NCBI GenBank assembly: GCA_964016885.1
Contig: OZ024750.1
Coordinates: 50,902,001-50,966,000 of the forward strand
Direction of reading: 5' to 3'
From: Eledone cirrhosa
Lineage: Eukaryota
Length of the DNA stretch: 64,000 nucleotides
Below are positions 40,059 through 52,909 of the stretch, one piece after another (position 1 is the stretch's first letter; the number at the start of each line of letters is the position of its first letter). A program made the position numbers and the translations under genes. The notes under the pieces were generated by a model. The model was given only the letters and a program-made list of their open reading frames with translations, was not told the DNA's origin and searched no databases.

Positions 40059-40101
40059 ACGGTACTGATGAAAGATAATCACCCAGAAACATTAGTGCCG
40101 T
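40059..40101 (+). ncRNA. Degenerate hammerhead-like motif
   Basis: ACGGTA-CTGATGA-...-GAAACATTAG-TGCCGT; stem I is good, stem II is poor. Confidence 0.35.
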
Positions 40102-40200
40102 TCTGTTTATATGACAACACAAGAGCAGGATTGACGACATGGCTTAAGAAGCTGTTTGAATAATTGCAAACGAATGGAATATTATTATTAATATTCGATC

Positions 40201-40700
40201 AAGGACGGTGGATTGGCGGTGTCGGTAGAGGATCGGACAACATGCTGTGTAGCATAGAGTTACAGCCCTTTATGATCTGAGTTCAAATCCCGCCGAGGTT
40301 AACTTTGCCTTTCATCCTTACGGGGTCGATAAAATAACGAACCAGATATGCACTGGGGTCGATTTAATCGACTTTCCCCTCCCCAAAATCTGCTGGCCTT
40401 GTGCCTATATAAGGAACCATTACTGTTATTTGGTCCAGGTATGTAAAGCGTGTGGTTGTGTGTCTGCCGACGGCGTGAAGTTGTTAGGTGTACATTATTG
40501 CTTCTGTTCGAGCGGTGGACTGGCAGTATCGGTAGAGGGTCGGACGCCATGCTTTGACGTATGGAGTTACGGCCTTTGCCATTCTGAGTTCAAATGCCGC
40601 CGAATTTAACTTTGCCTTTCATCCTTACGGGGTCGATAAAATAAAGTACCAGTAATGCACTGGGTAATTTCTGGCCTTGTGCCAAAAGTAGAAACAATTA
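40201..40700 (+). mobile_element. Two MetaSINE-like SINE copies (40201-40423, 40510-40700)
   Basis: Same core as 23218. Confidence 0.85.
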
Positions 40701-40760
40701 TTGCTTCTGTTCAGGTGTGTGTCCAAGTGCATGTCTCTGAGTCATATATATATATATATA

Positions 40761-41181
40761 ACGAAGGAGGTGTGGTAAGGAACCAGATGGACCATAACGC
40801 ACCAGAGTACTCAATACTTAGGGTAGTAGAGTGGGTAATAGGAACATGTTTAACCCCTATTGTTTAAACATTTTCCTATATATGTATGTATATATATATA
40901 TATATATATATATAGATATATAGTTATATATACAGACATATACATATATGTGTTCAAATCGTCAGGGAACAGATTCGCTAAGGTGAAAAGAACTATAGAC
41001 AATGGGTTTGCCAGACTCAATTTAAGAATAAATCAAGAAAAACAGTTCTGGTTTGATTATTATTCTTGATTTATTCTTAAATTGAGTCTGGCAAACCTAT
41101 TCTCTAGATTTAGTATTCTCTTCGCCTTAGCGAATCTGGTCCCTTACGATTTGAACACATATATGTATATGTCTGTGTAAA

Positions 41182-41237
<56 letters not shown>

Positions 41238-41330
41238 AAAATGTTAAAACCCTAGGGGTTAAACATTTTCCTATTACCCACTCTACTACCCTGAGTATTT
41301 ATATATATATATACTCTACTACCCTAAGTA
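40761..41330. mobile_element. Nested fold-back structure: family D ends around an inner ~120-bp inverted repeat
   Basis: Inner arms ~40918-41040 and ~41063-41190; outer GGGTAGTAGAGTGGGTAATAGG and its reverse complement. Confidence 0.75.
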
Positions 41331-41356
41331 TATATATATATATATATATATATACT

Positions 41357-41692
41357 TGAAGGTACATGGCTTAGTGTTTTGGTTTCACCGTCATGAGGTT
41401 TTCTCGGGCGGGGCGGGACAATGCGTTGTTTTCTTGAGTGAGACATTTTAATTCACGTTGCCCCAGCTCAGTCAGCTGCAGAAGTGAGTTGCAACATTAT
41501 TTGTGCCAAACTATTTCGGCATTTTGCCTTTCTCTTGGACAACGTCGGTAGCCCGGAGAGGATGGTGAATAATATGTATAGGAGACTACTGGAGCTCCAC
41601 AAACAAACATTTTGACCGGTCTTGTGTCTCGGAGGGGAAACTTCTATGTACAAAAACCCATGGTCATTCCAGACCGAAGGTGTTCTTTGCCC
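41357..41692 (+). mobile_element. tRNA-derived SINE (same family as 34768), diverged
   Basis: TTCACGTTGCCCCAG.TCAG...GCCTTTCTCTTGGA.AA..TCGGT...GGAAACTTCTA.GT.CAAA..CCATG.TCATTC. Confidence 0.7.
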
Positions 41693-41695
41693 TAT

Positions 41696-41857
41696 ACATA
41701 CATACATACATACATACATACATACATACATACATACATACATACATACATACATACATACATGATGGCTGCCCCCTCGTTATCGAGTATGGCCATTGCA
41801 CGAGGAAAAAAATATTAATAAATAAATAAAAAATAAAATTAAAATAAAAATTAAAAA

Positions 41858-41889
<32 letters not shown>

Positions 41890-43035
41890 ACACACACACA
41901 CACACATACATTAATAACAATAATAATAATAATAATAATAATAATGATAACAACAATAATAATAACGACAACAACAATAATAATATACATATACATATAT
42001 ATATACACATACACGCACACACATAAGCATATCTATACACACACACACACGATAGCAACTAACAGCGCTGCGATCGAATGTGGCTTTTTAGCCCAGCCAA
42101 TGATCTAAAATGTCTTGCACAGACTAGGCAACCAAAACATTCACTGGGAATAGTCGGCTGTGGTTGGAGTTCGTGTACTTGTGCATGACGCTTGAGCCCT
42201 CCTGCTGATTTACATTCTCTACCACATGTTTGGCAAGCATGATGAGTAGCATCTCCAACAGCAGTCTGGTAGTCAACCACTGGTCTTACTTTATGACTGC
42301 GAAGATGACTTTTGAATCCAGCTTTGCTTAGGCAGAGTCTCGCACAGACGCTGCATGTCAGCACCATAGGAGGACCCTCGCCGTCTGTAAGTGCAACAGC
42401 AATGCCCTTCCTCACATCCCACTTTACTTTCTCGTATGCGATTCGAGATGCCTCAAAGGCAACTTTTCCCTCATATACAGTCTTTCTCCATTTATTACGA
42501 TCAGCAGCAATATTTTCCCATGTATCAGCAGAGATGTTAGCATCTTTCAAAGAGGCTTTCAAGGAAACCTTATACCTCTTTTTTGGTTTATGTGGCGGTC
42601 GTTTTCCTTTAACCAACTCTCCATAAAAGAGTTGTTTTGGTATTCTAGAATCCTTCATCCTGGCAAGGTGACCACTCCAACGGAGTCGTTGCTTAAACAC
42701 AAGAGCTTCTATACTGTCACACATAGAGCTTTCCAAAATCTCGACATCACTGATGTGGTCCCTCCAATGAACGCCATGGATCCGTCTGAGACACATCTGA
42801 TGGAAACGCTCCAATTGCTTAAGGTGGTGTCGATATGTGACCCAGGTCTCGCAGGCATAAAGAAGACAAGAGAGTACACATGCCCTGTACACCTTTACCT
42901 TTGTCCTCCTGCATATGTCTCGCCGATCCCAGAGTCGCCTTTCTAGCTTTCCGAAAGCATCACTTGCTTTCCTAATCCTAATTCACTATCAAGGTTGCTG
43001 TATCGATTGACAGTGCTTCCCAGGTAGACAAACAA
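41696..43035 (-). mobile_element. 5'-truncated RTE-clade LINE with (TATG)n tail
   Basis: YLGSTV, YRACVLSCLLYACETW, LRWSGHLARM..SRIPKQLFYGEL, DRNKWR; 3' end GGCCATACTCG..CGAG...GCAGCCATCATG(TATG)n. Confidence 0.9.
42059..42892 (-). CDS. Open C-terminal RTE ORF segment with three C2H2-type zinc-finger motifs
   Basis: 277-aa ORF: CSVC..SHLRSH, CQTC..RHAQVH, CLVC..SHIRS. Confidence 0.7.
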   Translation of the reverse strand: MYRACVLSCLLYACETWVTYRHHLKQLERFHQMCLRRIHGVHWRDHISDVEILESSMCDSIEALVFKQRLRWSGHLARMKDSRIPKQLFYGELVKGKRPPHKPKKRYKVSLKASLKDANISADTWENIAADRNKWRKTVYEGKVAFEASRIAYEKVKWDVRKGIAVALTDGEGPPMVLTCSVCARLCLSKAGFKSHLRSHKVRPVVDYQTAVGDATHHACQTCGRECKSAGGLKRHAQVHELQPQPTIPSECFGCLVCARHFRSLAGLKSHIRSQRC

Positions 43036-43554
43036 ACATACATACATACATACATACATGCATGCATGCATGCATGTATTCATGCAAGCAAGCAAGCAAG
43101 CAAGCAAGCAAACCAACTAACAACCTAAGATTTCAGAAGGCAAAGTGCTGGAATATATACCACGAAGCTTTTCGTCCCACCCACAATCAATTCCACGAAT
43201 TCATCACCCAGGATTGATATTTTATTTTCTCTAACCTGAAATGATAAAAGCCCAAATTGACTTCGGCGAGATTTGAACTCCGAATGCTGTGATCAAGGAA
43301 TAAAACAACAATATATTCTGCCGTATGTTTTAATGATTCTGTCAAAACGTGTTATAACCTCACTAGCGGAAAATAGAACTAAATAATCTGTTCAAACATA
43401 GCTACATTTATGTTCAGCTTCTAACATTGATATTTCATATTAAACTCTCGGTTTTATAAATACTGCGAGATTTGAACTTTAACCAACGTCATTCAAAGGT
43501 GTATTTCTTACTACTAGTTTATAGTGTTATCATATATATTTGTATTACTAAGCA

Positions 43555-44342
43555 ACGAACACCATGCTTTGCAGCATAGAGTTATGGCCCTTTATGGTCT
43601 GAGTTCAAATCCCGCCGAGGTTAACATCCTTACGAGGTCGATAATTTCTGGCCTTGTGCCAAACGTAGAAACAATTATAATATAGATCATTTGTGTTACA
43701 ATGTATACCGGACATTATATCCAATACAATACCATCCTCCAGATCGTATTCTATATTTGTTTGGCCATCCCATGATTCCACACACGAAGATATCATCATT
43801 GCATATTATTGTAGCTATCACACGTGTAATGTCTTCCACAATTATTGGGGTCGATTTAATCGACTTTCCCCTCCCCCAAAATTGCTGGCCTTGTGTCTGT
43901 ATAAGAAATCATTATTAATTCTGGATTGGCAGTATCAGTAGAGGGTCGGACGCCATGCTTTGACGTATAGAGTTACGGCCCTTGCCATTCTGAGTTCAAA
44001 TCCCGTCGAGGTTAACTTTGCCTTTCATCCTTACGGGGTCGATAAAATAAAGTACCAGTAATACACTGGGTAATTGCTGGCCTTGTGCCAAAAGTAGAAA
44101 CAATTATTAATTCTAAGCAAGAGGGGTGGATTAGAAGTGTCGGTGGAGCGTTGGACAACAAGCTTTGCAGCATATAGTTACGGTATTTTACGTTCTTTGT
44201 TCAAATCCCGCTGAGGTTAGCTTTGCCTTTCATCCTGACAGGGTCGAGGAAATAAAGCACCATTAACGTACTTAGGTTGAGTTAATCGCCCCCCCACCCC
44301 CTTATATTGCTGGTATTGTGCTAAATGTATAAATAATTATTA
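43555..44342 (+). mobile_element. Cluster of MetaSINE-like copies and fragments (~43555-43678, 43845-43915, 43920-44110, 44118-44342)
   Basis: Repeated GTTCAAATCCCG..GAGGTTA.CTTTGCCTTTCATCCT core and GGCCTTGTGCC tail. Confidence 0.85.
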
Positions 44343-45879
44343 ATTCTAAACAAAACCATAAGTGATAAAGAGATGTATATATAAAGGTGGTGGTAGGTCT
44401 GTGACGAGAAACATCGCCATATAAGCTGTATGAACTATGGTGAAAGAAGGGTTAAACCTTGATAAAGGTGTCAACACTCACAAGACAAGCAATAAATTCA
44501 GTTCATTGCATAAAACAGCATTAAATTGTATTAATTTTTTATTGTCTGCATATAAAATAGATCATGTTATATGTTAACGAAAAGTAATGAAAGGGATATA
44601 ATTATAGCTAGACTTATATTAGGTGTATAGTCATTTTAGAAAGTTAATTGTAATCAACGAAATTAAAATATCGTCAATAAAAGTGAATAAAATGGCATAC
44701 GTATTTAAAATCAATAAAGATAATGTTGAGATGAAGATGTGGTGAGAAAGAAAGGTTATGTATTAAACATATCCTGAATAGTGGTAAAATAAGTCCATCA
44801 TTAAGGTAAGAAGAGCAATGATTAACATTTATTATAATCCAATAATTCAAATATTAACCAATACTATTTTAAATAATACCGTTCTCAATAATCGTATTTG
44901 AGTTATTTAGTGAAAAACCTTAGATTGATAGTTTAATAAATACATCTCCAAACTTACTTGAGTAAATGGGCAACAGAAATGAGTTGGCGTTCCTTAATTG
45001 CGAAAATCACTATTTCAAATCGAGACACAAGACCAATAGTCATGGGGAAGGGGAGAATGTCGAATGAATTGGACCCCAGTTGTTGACTGTTAATTTATTT
45101 TATCGACACTGGAATGTTGAAAGGCAAATTTGAACTCTTGGTGGATTTGAGCCGTAAAAATGCACTATATTTCCGAATGTTCTAGAGTGTCTGGTAAACC
45201 ACCGGTGTTCTTAATGGGAGAAAATAATAATATAAAAACGCTATCAAATGTTATTGTGTTGCTGTGAGATAAATAATCTACGCTCTGAGAAGTAGCTATT
45301 GCAAGAGAGAAGAGCCTTAGTATGAAGAGTGGAAGAAAAACGTCCCTTATATTTTGCCGAGTTATTCAGGTTGCTGGGAGGTAAGGAACCAGATTCCAGG
45401 ACCTATACCTTACTGCAGTACGAAATATTATACTTAGATAATGTCTCTGGTGCGAATAAATGGAAACATTGTTAACCTCTCCGGGTTCGTAGGTGATAGA
45501 ATGTATGTGGTAGGTAGGCTTTACTCTACACGTTCTCACAGGTTGCTGAATTTGAGCTCAAAATGCAAAGAGCGGAAAGAGATGTACAAGCTGACCACAA
45601 AAACACACCAGCTACGTTGTTGTGGAGTGAACGCCATCTTGAATTACACTACCGGATCGAGTCAATTCTGTACATAAAGAATACAAATGTTAGTTTATGC
45701 AACTGTAGCCACCAATATTGTAAGAATATTCATTTAAGTTTTGATATTATAAATATTTGAAATCAAGGACTGTTTTGTGGCCACCATATATATCGCGAAG
45801 TATCTTTCTTGACTTTCGTTTTAACTAACACCTAGCCATACAAATAAAAGATTAAAAATATTTGACCAAAGCTAATTTA

Positions 45880-46069
45880 CGAGGGTCGGCTGAAAACTTC
45901 ATAGACTGACTAATATACTCTCATGAAATGACCAAATATGATTTATTTTTCAACATAGACCATGGCAAGATATAATGCAGTTATTATTAAGAAACGTTGA
46001 AATTAATGCTATCAAGATTTAACAGCTCTAGCTTTCATAGTCAACATATGAACTTTTCAGCCGGGTTCG
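45880..46069. mobile_element. Tc1/mariner-type MITE
   Basis: TA-CGAGGGTCGGCTGAAAACTTCATA ... TATGAACTTTTCAGCCGGGTTCG imperfect TIRs. Confidence 0.7.
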
Positions 46070-46103
46070 CAACATGTGAGACGACGTAAATCGCTCAACC
46101 TCA

Positions 46104-46330
46104 GAGGACAAATGGCTCTTCCAGCGCATCTCCCTTACCCTCCGCGGGGGAAACGCCTTCTCCATTCTGTCTGCCGGGGCCGTGGGGCAGCCAGCATGTG
46201 GGACTCCATTTGCTCATAATACAGAGAGATGGAGAGGGCGATGACTGTGGGAGTTCGGCTCTTTCAATAATTATAAAGTGATTATAGTAAAATGACATTT
46301 GGAATCTAGCTCTCTGTGGTAATTTTATAA
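46104..46330 (+). mobile_element. CRE-like non-LTR retrotransposon 3' end
   Basis: Frame from 46104 reads EDKWLFQRISLTLRGGNAFSILSAG, homologous to the 37.4 and 38.6 kb pieces. Confidence 0.6.
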
Positions 46331-46902
46331 CTTTTCATTAGTTTGAAAGAGAAAAAATAATTCGAGATTAAAATATTTAACTGGTATATATTTTTTAAGA
46401 ATTCCTCACAAAATGGCGCATCACAGTATTGAAGATTTCAATATACCCAATTACAGTTAAAAATGTAATTCTAGCGGAATGGTTGGGAACTGAACCACCT
46501 GTAATAGAAGGAGAGCTACTCTAGATACTGGTTGATTAACGGTGTCGCACATGTTGAATTTAATAAACCAACCAACTAACTCCGGTGATAAAGTTCACTA
46601 AGGAAACTTTTCTTATCTTCACTTCAACATACGTAGATATTTTTTTCTACATCTCTACATATGTAAATTTAATCTTATTTGACTTATATTTTATTATTTA
46701 ATTCCCTCTAACTAGATAGCCTCATTAACCTTCAGAAACCACCCAAACATAATAACTGTAATCTAATTCGTTTAAGCGATGCCGTCCTAGCTTTAATTTC
46801 GTGTAAACTGAAGAAGACGTTTTTAAATTTCTTCGGTAACTAACCTTAAACCAAATATTATAGACAAGTCTTCAAACGAAATCAACAATTCATAGTCGTT
46901 CG

Positions 46903-46940
<38 letters not shown>

Positions 46941-47006
46941 GTGTGTGCGTGTATTGTATATATATATATATATACATATATACACACGTATATAAGTATA
47001 TATATG

Positions 47007-47041
<35 letters not shown>

Positions 47042-47688
47042 ATATACAAGTACGTATATAGGTATGTATAAATGTACAGATATATCTATGCACACGTGTA
47101 TATATATGTGTGTGTGTGTGTGTATAGCCCTAAAAGAAAATATGCGTGTATATAAATATATATTTGTGTGTATGAGAGAGAGAGAGTGTGAGTGTGTGTG
47201 AATGCATTTGTGTGTATGTGTACGTATTTCCTTTCTATAGTTTTTCGTAATTCCTTTTTTATTTGGCAATATTCCAAATCTTTATATTACCTCACTAAAT
47301 ATCTTCAATATAACTTCCACTATAAAGTAGTAACTTAACACCTCTTAACCACAGAAACTCAATTTCTAATGATTCTGACTTCATTTCGTTTAAACATTCA
47401 CTAAGTTACATGAAATAAATGTTTAACTATTGGAATTCTTAAATATATAACATTAGCGATCGTCTGAGACGGCGCATTGGCAGAGTTGCTGGAAACGTCG
47501 GATAGAATGCTTTGCGGTAATCATTCTCATTATCTGCTCTCTGGTGTCAGATCACGTCGTCGTCAAATTTGCCTTTCGAAATTGAGAGATTAAGTATCAA
47601 TATTGTGGTCAATTGTGGTCATTTCCTTTTCAGCCGCGCGGGCTTTCTTTCACTCTCTCTCTCTCGCTCCCTCTCTCTCTCTCTCTCC

Positions 47689-47746
<58 letters not shown>

Positions 47747-47911
47747 TCTGTGGATGAATTTATATCCTGATTCTCTTTTGAAGTGAGTTTGAATTATTTT
47801 TCCTAAATCTTACGGTAACTACTTTTCCCATCTTGACGTTATAGTCGCATATATGTTATAGAATGCTGTTAGCTTCTCGCTAAAACAATCTCTATACCTC
47901 TCATTTATATA

Positions 47912-47988
<77 letters not shown>

Positions 47989-48125
47989 TAGCGAGAATCG
48001 TATTTCGGCTTTGGAATTATCATATATATATAAAGTAATAATAATAAATGTAAAGACTAAAATCCAAAGAGGGCTCGATAAGGATAAATATATATCAGAT
48101 ATATAAGAACCGTAGAGCAAATATT

Positions 48126-48239
48126 TATTAAAATAACAGATTAAATTTTAAGCAAAGAATCGCTGCTTAAACTTCAGAAAATTCCGTTAAGGGTGAAAGC
48201 AGCGATTCTTTGCTTAAACTTTAATCTGTTATTTTAATA
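48126..48239. repeat. Fold-back mini-element, homolog of 11800-11850, with a degenerate HHR-like spacer
   Basis: TATTAAAATAACAGATTAAA.TTTAAGCAAAGAATCGCTGCTT and its reverse complement. Confidence 0.75.
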
Positions 48240-48730
48240 TATATATATATATCACTCTCTTTCTCTTTCTCCCCCTCTCTCATTCTCGCTGTCTCTTGAG
48301 TGGGATCCGCCAACATTAAATGCGCCTCTACAAGTCAACCACGAGTTATACGTTCATAGCAGGACATGGCATCAACCAACAAACAACCCGTAACTAAAGA
48401 GCTAATGAAGCTTTACACTGCACTTCGATCTATTAGAAATAGCAACCGAATATCCCTCAAATACCACCCCCACTATCTTCATAAAACAACATTATATTGG
48501 ATAATATAGTCCTGGATATCCTTCAAAATACGAGATGGTCATGGTTCGAACGTCTTTCATGATCGATCCGAAATGTGAACATACTGGGAACTCCACAACA
48601 ACAAGAAGTAAAACCTGCTTCTTTGTTGCTTTGTTGCTTTTTACACCCAGTTCAACACCGAACCTGCTGTCATATCATCAAAGTTCCAACCATGGCCGAC
48701 CATATTTATTTCACATTATTTTTCTTTACC

Positions 48731-49058
48731 AGGGCGGTGGATTGGCAGTATCGGTAGAGGGTCGGACACCATGCTTTCCAGCATAGTTACGTCCCTTTAC
48801 AATCTGAGTTCAAATCCCGCCGAGGTTGACTTTGCTTTTCATCCTTACGAGGTCGATAAAATAAAGTACCAGTAATGCACTGGGTAATTGCTGGCCTTGT
48901 GCCTAAAGTAGAAACAATTATTTTTCTTTACCATCTGAGTTCAAATCCCGCCGAGGTTGACTTTGCCTTTCATCCTTACGGGGTCGATAAAATAAAGTAC
49001 CAGTAATGCACTGGTAATTGCTGGCCTTGTGCCTAAAGTAGAAACAATTATTTTTCTT
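48731..49058 (+). mobile_element. MetaSINE-like SINE with tandem duplication of its 3' two-thirds
   Basis: 48803-48929 is nearly identical to 48934-49059. Confidence 0.85.
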
Positions 49059-49064
49059 TTTTTA

Positions 49065-49198
49065 AATTGGCTTGGCTGGTCTCGATTGGTGATCAGTTGG
49101 AGATGGTTGCGTCTGACAGGACCCGCTGGAAGAAGAGGTTGAGAACTCTGCCCCACGAATAAGAATAAGTGGGCGAAGAAGAAGAAGAAGAAGAAGAA
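49065..49198 (+). mobile_element. RTE-like LINE 3' end with (GAA)n tail
   Basis: EMVASDRTRWKK followed by (GAA)n. Confidence 0.55.
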
Positions 49199-49394
49199 TG
49201 TTATATGGGATGATTTTGATCACATCTAGCAGGTTCAGTAAGCAAATGCAAGTTGATCCACCATTTGTTTAGCTCATATATTTAGTTGATATTTGTTAAA
49301 TGTTGGATTCATCTCATCTTTACCTCGTCCCTTGTAACCATATAACTTTGTCATGTATGTATGTATGTGTTTGTGTGTGTATGTATGCATGTAT

Positions 49395-51105
49395 ATTCTT
49401 CTGTTTTTATAATTTTATAAAATGTTACCACTAGAGAGAGTCCGTTTCTAACATAGATACAATACTCTCATTTGAATTTACACATCAACTAGGTAGATAT
49501 GTATACATGCATTCATGTATGTGTGTGCAGGTATAGATGTGAATGTATGTGTGGATGTGTGTGTTTTGAGTTGTATGTGTGCATGTGCATATGCTTTGTA
49601 TCTGTACATGTGTATATGCAGTTATTAGATGCAGATTTTTGGAATGTTTTACATATTTTTACTGTTCTATTAATGGATTGTGTTCTTTCTGTTCCTGTGA
49701 AGCTCAACTTCTCAATATTTCTATTGAGGCAGTTACTGACATACCCCAGTGCCCCAGTAATCACAGGCATAAATCCGAAGGTATGATCAGGGTGGAGTAT
49801 CTGCAGATTTCTCATTAGTTCTGCATAGATATTCTTCTTTTCACTAATCTTTGATATTATATTGGCATCTGCTGGGCAGCTAACTTCCACTACTGTGCAT
49901 GTCTTCTTTTCCCTGTCTCATATCATAATATCTGGTCTGTTATGCCTGCACTTTATTGGGGTTTGTACTGGAACATTCCACCAGTACTCTTTCATATTAT
50001 GTATATGGATGTATTCCACATTGCTGTAGCTTTTAATGTGTTTATTATCGGGGCTATCTTTTTAATGTTAATTCTGCAGCGTCTGCATTCATTGTCACAC
50101 CTAGGGTGTTTTGCCTACATCTCTATCTCTTTTGTGAATCAGGTATTTCGTGTTGATTTCCTGTTCTTGGATTGCAAAATGTGAGCTTTTAATTATCATG
50201 CAGGGAGCGTCTTTTAAGGAGTTCCTTCCCAACTCTCATTATATTATCTATCTCATGCAGAAAGACTTGCTTAGTAGACGGGCTCCTACTTTTTGAGTTT
50301 CGTAAATGATGTTGGGGGGATATGATTTGACATATGCTGTCTGGACTGATGTTAGCCCGCTGCCTCCCTATATACTTTGAGAATGTTGTAACCAGGTCAA
50401 GATTTTTCTTCATCCCCTGTATGTTCTTGGCATAGAGTTTCAAGTGCTCCACAAAGAAATTATGGGTTAAGTTCGTATTTCTGTACTCCTGTGAGCCAAT
50501 GATGTATTCTTCACATTTCTTGAGCAGAAAGGGCAAGAGGTTTAATGACAGGATAAATTGTATCACAAAGAGACTGTCTCCTTGAAATATGCCTCTGTAA
50601 TATTCTATTTTATCAGTGAAAATAGTGTCCTCCTTCTCTGTTTGAACTTTAAGATAGTAGCCCAAAAAGAAGACAGCTTCTCTATGGCTCTGATAATAAT
50701 GTCTGGGCAAGTTGGAGGGCCGCTATCATCCAAGAGTGGGGAACAGAATCGAAAGCTTTCCTGTAGTCCAGCCAGACTGTAGCCATATTCCTCCTAAGTT
50801 GTCGCACCTCCGACATCGCAGTTTTGTTGATTAGGAGTTGTTCAGCACATCCCCAAACCCCTTTCTTTCCAGCTGCTTGTCCATCTGTGATGATGTTATT
50901 ATTTTCCCAGTGATCTTGGAGAAATAGGTTCTGGCATGCAATGTGTCGGTAGTTTTTTGCCAAGTGGGTGTCTTTGTTTTGGGGGACCAGTACTGTTTGT
51001 GCTGAAGTCAACCATTCTGGTATAAGAGTATCTCCCTTGAGAACTTGTTGGTAGAGGTCGATAAGATACTTCCGATAGAATTTCAGTATATGTACCAGTA
51101 GCCGA
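49395..51105 (-). mobile_element. R4/Dong-like LINE relic (RT plus RLE), internally deleted
   Basis: VWLDYRKAFDSVPHSW, GIFQGDSL, FFVEHLKLYA, NRPDI...VEVSCPAD...EKKNIY. Confidence 0.85.
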
Positions 51106-51189
51106 CAATTATGTATGCATATACGTATGTATATGTGTATGTCTGCATGTATGTATGTATATATGTACGTATGTACGTATGTATGTCTA

Positions 51190-52842
51190 TGTCTCTCTTT
51201 CACTTAATTTCGAATATATTTTTGACCGGCCACCTTGCTGGTGGCAAGGTTATAAAAGAAAAGAAATTGTCATCCCTTGAATCGCAAGAACGTATCGCAG
51301 CCATTTGTAGTCTAGGAATTAGAGAGATGTGTTCTTTGTCCACAAACACAAGTTCAGTTATACCTTGGTCCAAGCGGGTTGGCATATAACCTGTAGCTCT
51401 TATAACGATGGGTATAAAGCTGAAAGTGTATCTTAGATACTGGATCTGCAAACTCCTCATCAATGGTTCGTAGATGTCATCCTTCTCCTGTATTTTTCTT
51501 ACAACGTTGACATCAAGTGGCCAGCTGATCTCTATAACAGAGCACGTTTTCAATGTGTGGTCCCAAACAACAGTATCAGGCAGGTTGTTCTTTAATTTGG
51601 TGGCAGTTTTTATTTTCAGGTTCCACCAGTATTCTTTAGTGCCATCTATTTCAACATATTCCTCCTCATTTGTTTTTAATTTGTTTTCCGAAGAGCGTTC
51701 CAGATGCTTCTAGCAATCAGATCATTTCTCACAGGGAGGTAATAGCAAGACCACATTTTTTCACAATTGGCAACAATGTAGCTAACATCTTGTTTTACAA
51801 AGCCTACATTTATTGTCGACTGATGGCCCTCTTCTTTTGTGTAGCAGATATTTGGTATGGATTTCTTGTTCCTGTATTGCATAGAGATATCCTTCAAGAT
51901 GGGATGTCAAAAACTTATCGGAACTACATGTCAGGCTTTTTGAAGGATTTATCTCCTCTGTGTCTGTGCTTTTCGTCTCAGGTACCCATCCACAACTTTG
52001 TCTGTAAATTGGTCCATTTTTTTATCTTGTTCGAGCATTGCATAGGATCTTCCAATGTTCCTGGAAGAGAGATTTATATCAGGCCTCATTCCATATCTCT
52101 CCTCCACATCAGTGGCTATCCTAATGATATTATTCGCTTTAAAGGCGGTATCGATAGAAGGTCGGACGCTATGCTTTGCAGCATAGAGTTACGCCGCTTT
52201 ATGGTCTGAGTTCAAATCCCGCCGAGGTTAACTTTGTAATGAACTGGGATAATTGCTGGCCTTGTTCCAAAAGTAGAAACAATTATTTCCTTTATGCTCG
52301 TAAACTTGGGCAAGATGGTTGCTGACCTTTTTCTTCTATTGAAGATGTTGTTTCAGTGTTACTATACAGGTATCGTATGATGTTGATATAGATTTTAGAC
52401 CCCAGCCACCTTCCTTCTGTGAGCGGTATAGCCTTTCCACATCACCATTGATGTTAAAGTTCCCAGTAACACCGAGAAGTTTGCGAGTTCTAACATCCAT
52501 TTCACTTAGTTCTTGCATTGATAAGTTCAGCAGGCCAAATGTTGGCGTTAGGATTGGCACAGCATAAGTATTGTGGGCAATGTATTTGTTGTACGCTGAT
52601 AGTTCTGATGATCATATTTTCTTTACTCTCTTAAGGTATTCAGTTCTAGTTCTCTCCTTATTTATGGGTCCATCATATCTGACATTCTCATCCTGCCCAA
52701 AATATCTGTAGGTGTCACCTAACCGTAGAGGTTGTATTGGTAACCCGTTCATCTCTAGATTTCCAGAGTCGGACACAACCCTTCCACGCCAAATATGCAC
52801 ATTTGGACTCACCAAATTTCATCCTGATGTCTGCAGAAAATT
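51190..52842 (-). mobile_element. R4/Dong-like LINE relic (thumb to RLE), same family as 60960-64000
   Basis: YRYFGQDEN, AVPILTPTFG, NLPDTVVWD..KTCSVIEISWPLD...EKDDIY. Confidence 0.85.
52142..52287 (+). mobile_element. MetaSINE-like copy inserted in the LINE
   Basis: Imperfect 13-bp TSD ATTATTCGCTTTA (52129) / ATTATTTCCTTTA (52282). Confidence 0.75.
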
Positions 52843-52909
52843 GTGTAATGTATGTATGTATGCATGTATGTACATGTGTTTGTATTCATGTATGTATGAA
52901 TGTATGTAT

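Noticed and set aside
45300-45760. Possible CR1/L2-like LINE 3' fragment on the minus strand
   Set aside because: Only vague motif resemblance; not supportable without a profile search.
46100-46298. GC-rich island as a host exon or HDV-like ribozyme
   Set aside because: A + frame matches the CRE C-terminal motif, and I could not build an HDV double pseudoknot.
46806-46880. CTGAAGA-AGAC...GTCT possible hammerhead
   Set aside because: GAAA is absent (TCAAA) and stems I and III are unconvincing.
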